The notes beneath the pieces are model-generated. The model saw nothing but the letters and a program-made list of their open reading frames with translations, was not told the DNA's origin and ran no database searches. The translations under genes and the position numbers were made by a program. Source: an uncultured Gammaproteobacteria bacterium (lineage in GTDB: Bacteria > Patescibacteriota > Microgenomatia > UBA8517). Taken from it: a stretch of DNA of 40,654 nucleotides. How positions within the stretch are numbered: the first letter of the stretch is position 1; each line of letters begins with the position of its first letter. The stretch lies in assembly GCA_964431555.1 (NCBI GenBank), contig CAYSJW010000019.1:1-40654 (forward strand). The letters run 5' to 3'. Below are positions 36,930-40,654 of the stretch, in pieces.

Positions 36930-37106
36930 TCAGGCCAGCAACTTAGTGTAAACACCAAACAAAGCCAAAACAGACGCCACCAAAAGCCACTGCGTCGAGG
37001 CCAACCAAATATCATATCCCAGATAACCTATTGCTGAAAAAACCACACAAACAAGGGAACTTACCATTAATACCTGCGAAAGGGTTTTAATATCCTTTTT
37101 ATTCAT
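36930..37106 (-). CDS. 58-aa two-TM small protein (not in the ORF track)
   Basis: MNKKDIKTLSQVLMVSSLVCVVFSAIGYLGYDIWLASTQWLLVASVLALFGVYTKLLA*; strong SD-like AGAGGGGGTGA just upstream of the ATG. Confidence 0.75.
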   Translation of the reverse strand: MNKKDIKTLSQVLMVSSLVCVVFSAIGYLGYDIWLASTQWLLVASVLALFGVYTKLLA

Positions 37107-37317
37107 ACTTGCTCACCCCCTCTCAAGCACCTTCCATAAATCGTCCGTAAATTCCGGATAATAAACTTCAGAAAGACATTCTCAAACTAATATAACAATC
37201 TGAAATCAGGCATAAAAATTAGATAAAAAAACCAACAACATATAATCAATAATCTATATTTATAGTAACACAAATTGGGTGTTGAAAAATAATAAATAAA
37301 TAAGATAATCTTCATAA

Positions 37318-37440
37318 AGAGTTGTGTTCAAGGAACTGGGTGCCCTGCCAAAAAAGCGACAGGAATTCCCAGACTGTGCCGCAACTGTAACCGATCCGAA
37401 GCTGAAAACCAAGGACGGAAGTCAGAAAACTAGCAACTCT
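37318..37440 (+). promoter_or_regulatory. Cobalamin riboswitch (compact type)
   Basis: Closing stem agagttg/caactct; aggaa-ctggg...aattcccag-actgtgccgcaactgtaa core; B12-box-like aagtcagaa. Lies directly upstream of DUF4430/DUF6580-like genes. Confidence 0.85.
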
Positions 37441-37516
37441 AATTAGAGTAAAAGAGCTTAAAGGATGAAAACCTAAAAACTCTTTTTCTCTATAAAATCC
37501 CGAGACAAGGAGAAAA

Positions 37517-37957
37517 ATGAAAAATAAATTTTTACCGTTTTTACTAGCAATTACAGGAATCATATTCTTTTCTTCAATAGTTTTATTTAAACAACAATTT
37601 CCCTCAAAAAACAATGTCACAAACTACTCGCTTTCTCCCTCTCCAGTCCCCCAGCAAACGCGCGTGGTAATCTCAGCAGCCGAAGAAAATTTTTATCTTG
37701 AATACAAAGCAAAAGATAAAAAAGTCTATTCACCTTTCAGTATCCTCAAAGAAGCGCTTGAACAAAATAATATTCCACTGGAAATTAAAAACTATGACTT
37801 CGGCGTATTCGTAAAATCTATAAACGCACTTGAGAGTTCAAACGAAAAAGCTTGGATCTATTTTGTAAACGGAGAATCAGGCCAAGTAGCGGCAGATAAA
37901 ATGGATCTCAAAGAAGGAGATCTTGTTGAATGGAGATATATAACTCCTTCAGAGTAA
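37517..37957 (+). CDS. DUF4430 (transcobalamin-like C-terminal domain) membrane-anchored protein; putative B12-binding protein
   Basis: TM anchor; YDFGVFVKSIN...AWIYFVNGESGQVAADK..LKEGDLVEWRY. Downstream of the riboswitch. Confidence 0.85.
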   Translation: MKNKFLPFLLAITGIIFFSSIVLFKQQFPSKNNVTNYSLSPSPVPQQTRVVISAAEENFYLEYKAKDKKVYSPFSILKEALEQNNIPLEIKNYDFGVFVKSINALESSNEKAWIYFVNGESGQVAADKMDLKEGDLVEWRYITPSE

Positions 37958-38000
37958 ATTCAAAATTCAAAATTTATCTATAAATTATCATTTATCGATT
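37957..38000. repeat. Intergenic 7-nt tandem repeat tract
   Basis: aattcaa aattcaa aatttat...attatca tttatcg. Confidence 0.45.
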
Positions 38001-38009
38001 AAGGCTAAT

Positions 38010-38690
38010 ATGAAAGATCAACATAAATTTTCCCCTACTACTTGCTACATACTCCTTGCCATATTGTTTCTTATCGCATTTGCAGAAAGAGTTTTTTTTG
38101 ATCTAGGCCCGAATTTTGAACTTGTCACAACTGCTTTAATACTCTCTTCTTTTTATTTCGGCAAAAAAGAAAGTTTTCTACTCGTATTTTTCATAATGCT
38201 TTTTTCAGATTTTATAATAGGCAATACCAATATCTTTATTTTTACCTGGAGTGGTTTTCTTATACCAGCCCTTTTTTCCACCAACCTAATTAACCGTATA
38301 TCTTATTCAATTAATAATCTATCTCTAAAGACCAGAAATCTTCTTTTAAGCAAAAGTTTTCCAAAAAATAAAAGCCAATCACAAATCACCAGTAAAATAT
38401 TCACTTTTCTATCCTTAACTCTTTCTGGTCTTATATCTAACCTATTTTTCTTCTTCTGGACTAATTTTGGAGTCTGGCTTCTTGATTCATGGAATATGTA
38501 TCCTAACAGTTTTCAAGGCTTGATAATGGCATACATCAATGCTCTACCCTTTCTAAAATATCAAACTCTAAGTACACTTTTACTTTTACCTAACGGATTT
38601 CTTCTAACCGAAACGTTTATATTTTTTTACAAAAATATCTCCCCGATCCAAACAAGAAATTTTCAACCAACTCCAGATAAAGCAAGATAA
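38010..38690 (+). CDS. DUF6580-like membrane protein (ECF S-component-like putative cobalamin transporter)
   Basis: Multi-TM; PNFELVT, FSDFIIG, FFFWTNFGVW, YPNSFQGLIMAYINALPF motifs. Confidence 0.78.
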   Translation: MKDQHKFSPTTCYILLAILFLIAFAERVFFDLGPNFELVTTALILSSFYFGKKESFLLVFFIMLFSDFIIGNTNIFIFTWSGFLIPALFSTNLINRISYSINNLSLKTRNLLLSKSFPKNKSQSQITSKIFTFLSLTLSGLISNLFFFFWTNFGVWLLDSWNMYPNSFQGLIMAYINALPFLKYQTLSTLLLLPNGFLLTETFIFFYKNISPIQTRNFQPTPDKAR

Positions 38691-38730
38691 ACAAAACCCA
38701 TAAGATATTTCTATATTTCGAAAAATACTC

Positions 38731-38760
38731 TTGACAAAAACAAACAAATTCTCCTACTAT
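38731..38760 (+). promoter_or_regulatory. Sigma70-like promoter
   Basis: ttgaca (38731-38736), 18 nt, tactat (38755-38760). Confidence 0.5.
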
Positions 38761-38793
38761 TTTTTTAAACAGAATAGTTGAGATAAAAGTTTT

Positions 38794-39657
38794 ATGAAAA
38801 AAAATCTAATCATAAGATTGGTAAAAATATCATTTCTTACAATTTCAATCTTCTACACTCTTCCCCTCCTCAAAACACAAACAGCTAAATCAGCGACAAC
38901 ACACCTAGTTATATCAGAAGTTCAAATAGCAGGTCTGGGAGGAGTTAATGAGGATTTTATAGAGATTTATAATCCCACTCCAAATGCTATCGACCTTAAA
39001 GGCTATAGACTGGTAAAAAGATCAGCAAATGGCACCAGCGACACTTCAATCAAGGCATGGAGCAGTCAGACGTTAATCCCTGCCGGAGGCTATTATCTTT
39101 GGGCAAATAGCAGCTGGACACCTCCGGTTACCCCCGACGCGGCGACATCACAGACAATTTCAGCCAATAATGGAATTGCCCTTCGTTTTGGACCAGAAAA
39201 CACCGGCACAATAATAGATAGTGTCGCTTGGGGATCCGTCGCAAACGCTTTTGTTGAGGGAAGTCCATTTCCGACTAACCCAGCCGCTGGACAAAGTTTA
39301 GAACGCATTGGAGATGACACAGACAATAACAGTATTGATTTTATCCTCCAAACTAATCCCAATCCGCAAAATTCAGAAATTGTCCTAAACCCAACAACAA
39401 TACCAACTCCCACAGATATTTCAACAGCTACCCCCACAATAACAACACCATCTGCAACTCCAACTCCAATACCACCTTCCTCAACTCCAACACCAACGAT
39501 TCAACCAACGCCGACTCCCCTACCAACTCCGACTTTAGCTGAAAAAATTGTGGGAAGATTTTGGCTTGAGCCAAATAAAACATCGTGTACATTTAGCTTC
39601 AGAGTAAAATCCCTTAAGTTTTTTATATTGCTAATCCCCAGAATCATCTGTAAATAA
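38794..39657 (+). CDS. Exported lamin-tail-domain protein with Pro/Thr-rich linker
   Basis: Signal-like N-terminus; LVISEV...DFIEIYNPT..IDLKGYRL; GQSLER..DTDNNSIDF; (PT)n tract. Confidence 0.85.
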   Translation: MKKNLIIRLVKISFLTISIFYTLPLLKTQTAKSATTHLVISEVQIAGLGGVNEDFIEIYNPTPNAIDLKGYRLVKRSANGTSDTSIKAWSSQTLIPAGGYYLWANSSWTPPVTPDAATSQTISANNGIALRFGPENTGTIIDSVAWGSVANAFVEGSPFPTNPAAGQSLERIGDDTDNNSIDFILQTNPNPQNSEIVLNPTTIPTPTDISTATPTITTPSATPTPIPPSSTPTPTIQPTPTPLPTPTLAEKIVGRFWLEPNKTSCTFSFRVKSLKFFILLIPRIICK

Positions 39658-39667
39658 ATAAAAATTA

Positions 39668-39931
39668 TTATGAATTGGGAACTCTTTTTAGATTGGCAAA
39701 AGTACCCAATGATCCCCCCAATGAATAAGAAATAAAAATAGGCCAATTGTTATCAAGATTGTTAATAAATTGGAAAAGAATTATAAAATATAAAATATTT
39801 TCTATAAATACAATCGCAGAAGCACTAAAGGTCTTCCCCTTCGCAATCAAAGAGGTTCGAGCCGTTGCCAAAAACATTTCGATAAATCCCACAAAGAGAT
39901 AAATTATAGCCTGCAATATTGTGTTTAACAT
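39668..39931 (-). CDS. DUF5698/DUF2179-like small membrane protein
   Basis: Three TM segments; LATART...G..ASAIVFIE...YSLGGSLGT. ATG at 39931 with GGAGG upstream. Confidence 0.75.
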   Translation of the reverse strand: MLNTILQAIIYLFVGFIEMFLATARTSLIAKGKTFSASAIVFIENILYFIILFQFINNLDNNWPIFISYSLGGSLGTFANLKRVPNS

Positions 39932-40091
39932 ATGATTCCCTCCTCCCCAAAGGATCAAAATCAGAGCTGATAAAATCTTTTTCCATGGTTTTTGAAAACG
40001 GAACGAAAGAATTGTCCCGAGTTGTAGTTGTTATTTTAGACTAAATAACTTCTTCTTTCAAGCTTAAAAAATGATATAATTAAAAAATTAA

Positions 40092-40140
40092 GTACTTGGT
40101 ATTTAGTATTTAGGTATTAGGAATTAGAAATTAGAACTTT
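40092..40140. repeat. 7-nt tandem repeat tract in the tRNA-Asn leader
   Basis: gtacttg gtattta gtattta ggtatta ggaatta gaaatta gaacttt, between tgatataat (40072-40080) and the tRNA. Confidence 0.6.
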
Positions 40141-40152
40141 AAAATGAGATAA

Positions 40153-40224
40153 TCCTCGGTAGCTCAGCGGTAGAGCGGGCCCCTGTTAAGGGCAAGGTCG
40201 TAGGTTCGAATCCTACCCGAGGAG
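40153..40224 (+). tRNA. tRNA-Asn(GUU)
   Basis: TCCTCGG-TA-GCTC-AGCGGTA-GAGC-G-GGCCC-CTGTTAA-GGGCA-AGGTC-GTAGG-TTCGAAT-CCTAC-CCGAGGA-G. Confidence 0.95.
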
Positions 40225-40320
40225 CACTTCGACAAGCTCAGTGCAAGCACATTCAGTTAAGTCAGTGCAAGTACATTCAGTTAATTAAGTACAAGCACAT
40301 TCAGTTAATTCAGTACAAGC
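40224..40320 (+). repeat. Tandem array of four 23-24-bp units
   Basis: gcacttcgacaagctcagtgcaa / gcacattcagttaagtcagtgcaa / gtacattcagttaattaagtacaa / gcacattcagttaattcagtacaa / gc. Confidence 0.85.
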
Positions 40321-40327
40321 CAATTTT

Positions 40328-40600
40328 ATGAACAATGAAATTTGGTATGTTTATATGCTTCTTTGCGATCAGAAAACTTTTTATGTCGGGATAACTGCCG
40401 ATTTAGTTAACAGAATTAAGCAACACAAAAATAAACAATCATTTTTTACTAAAAAGTTTTCTGATATAAAACTAATATACTGCGAAAGATACCAAAACAA
40501 ACATCAAGCTGCGATAAGAGAAAAACAAATAAAGGGTTGGTCTACAGAAAAGAAACAAATGCTAATAAATTGGCTATCTTGTAAGACTAAATTCAATTAG
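40328..40600 (+). CDS. Stand-alone GIY-YIG nuclease (UPF0213-like)
   Basis: WYVYML...FYVGIT.DL.NRIKQH...AAIREKQIKGWS.EKK. Confidence 0.9.
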   Translation: MNNEIWYVYMLLCDQKTFYVGITADLVNRIKQHKNKQSFFTKKFSDIKLIYCERYQNKHQAAIREKQIKGWSTEKKQMLINWLSCKTKFN

Positions 40601-40654
40601 TTCTCTCTTAATATTTTCATCACTAGTTTCAAACCCTTTCATAAAATTGATTTT

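Noticed and set aside
37312-37620. 102-aa minus-strand ORF
   Set aside because: Antisense to the cobalamin riboswitch and the DUF4430-like gene; shadow ORF.
39385-39535. (Pro-Thr)n coding repeats
   Set aside because: Ordinary low-complexity linker of a surface protein; the antisense Gly-Val ORFs (39093-39437, 39501-39746) are its shadow.
1935-40224. None of the four tRNA genes encodes a full 3' CCA
   Set aside because: True in the sequence, but common in many bacteria; it only implies a CCA-adding enzyme.
40224-40320. CRISPR array
   Set aside because: Units are head-to-tail with no unique spacers, and there are no cas genes in the window.

Overview
AT-rich bacterial chromosomal segment whose gene content points to a Patescibacteria/CPR organism, probably Microgenomates-like (inference). 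The evidence is a stand-alone VirD4-like ATPase, PsbP-like and lamin-tail surface proteins, a split transketolase, an archaeal-type TIM, and many genes with a -10 box just upstream of the ATG. Left to right: a possible IS30-like end; a radical SAM/SPASM enzyme followed by a small signal-peptide + transmembrane protein with an exposed A-Y-G motif (candidate Tyr-excising 'splicease' system); two CAU tRNAs, ftsB, a Xer-type recombinase and a rare tRNA-Ile(UAU); a VirD4-like ATPase; an nrdR-nrdJ-pduO operon with tandem NrdR boxes; a CAAX protease next to a stand-alone RnlA-type HEPN protein; two class A PBPs flanking two PsbP-like proteins, then a serine beta-lactamase-fold protein; a ~14 kb pentose-phosphate/glycolysis cluster (pfkB, fba, tkt x2, rpe, gap, short pgk, rpiB, tpi) with embedded Nudix and LOG genes; a cobalamin riboswitch ahead of a candidate two-gene B12 uptake system; and tRNA-Asn followed by a 24-bp tandem array and a GIY-YIG nuclease. 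Non-coding features include two copies of a ~100-bp double-hairpin element and several 7-nt tandem tracts. All family assignments are by motif recognition; no searches were run.
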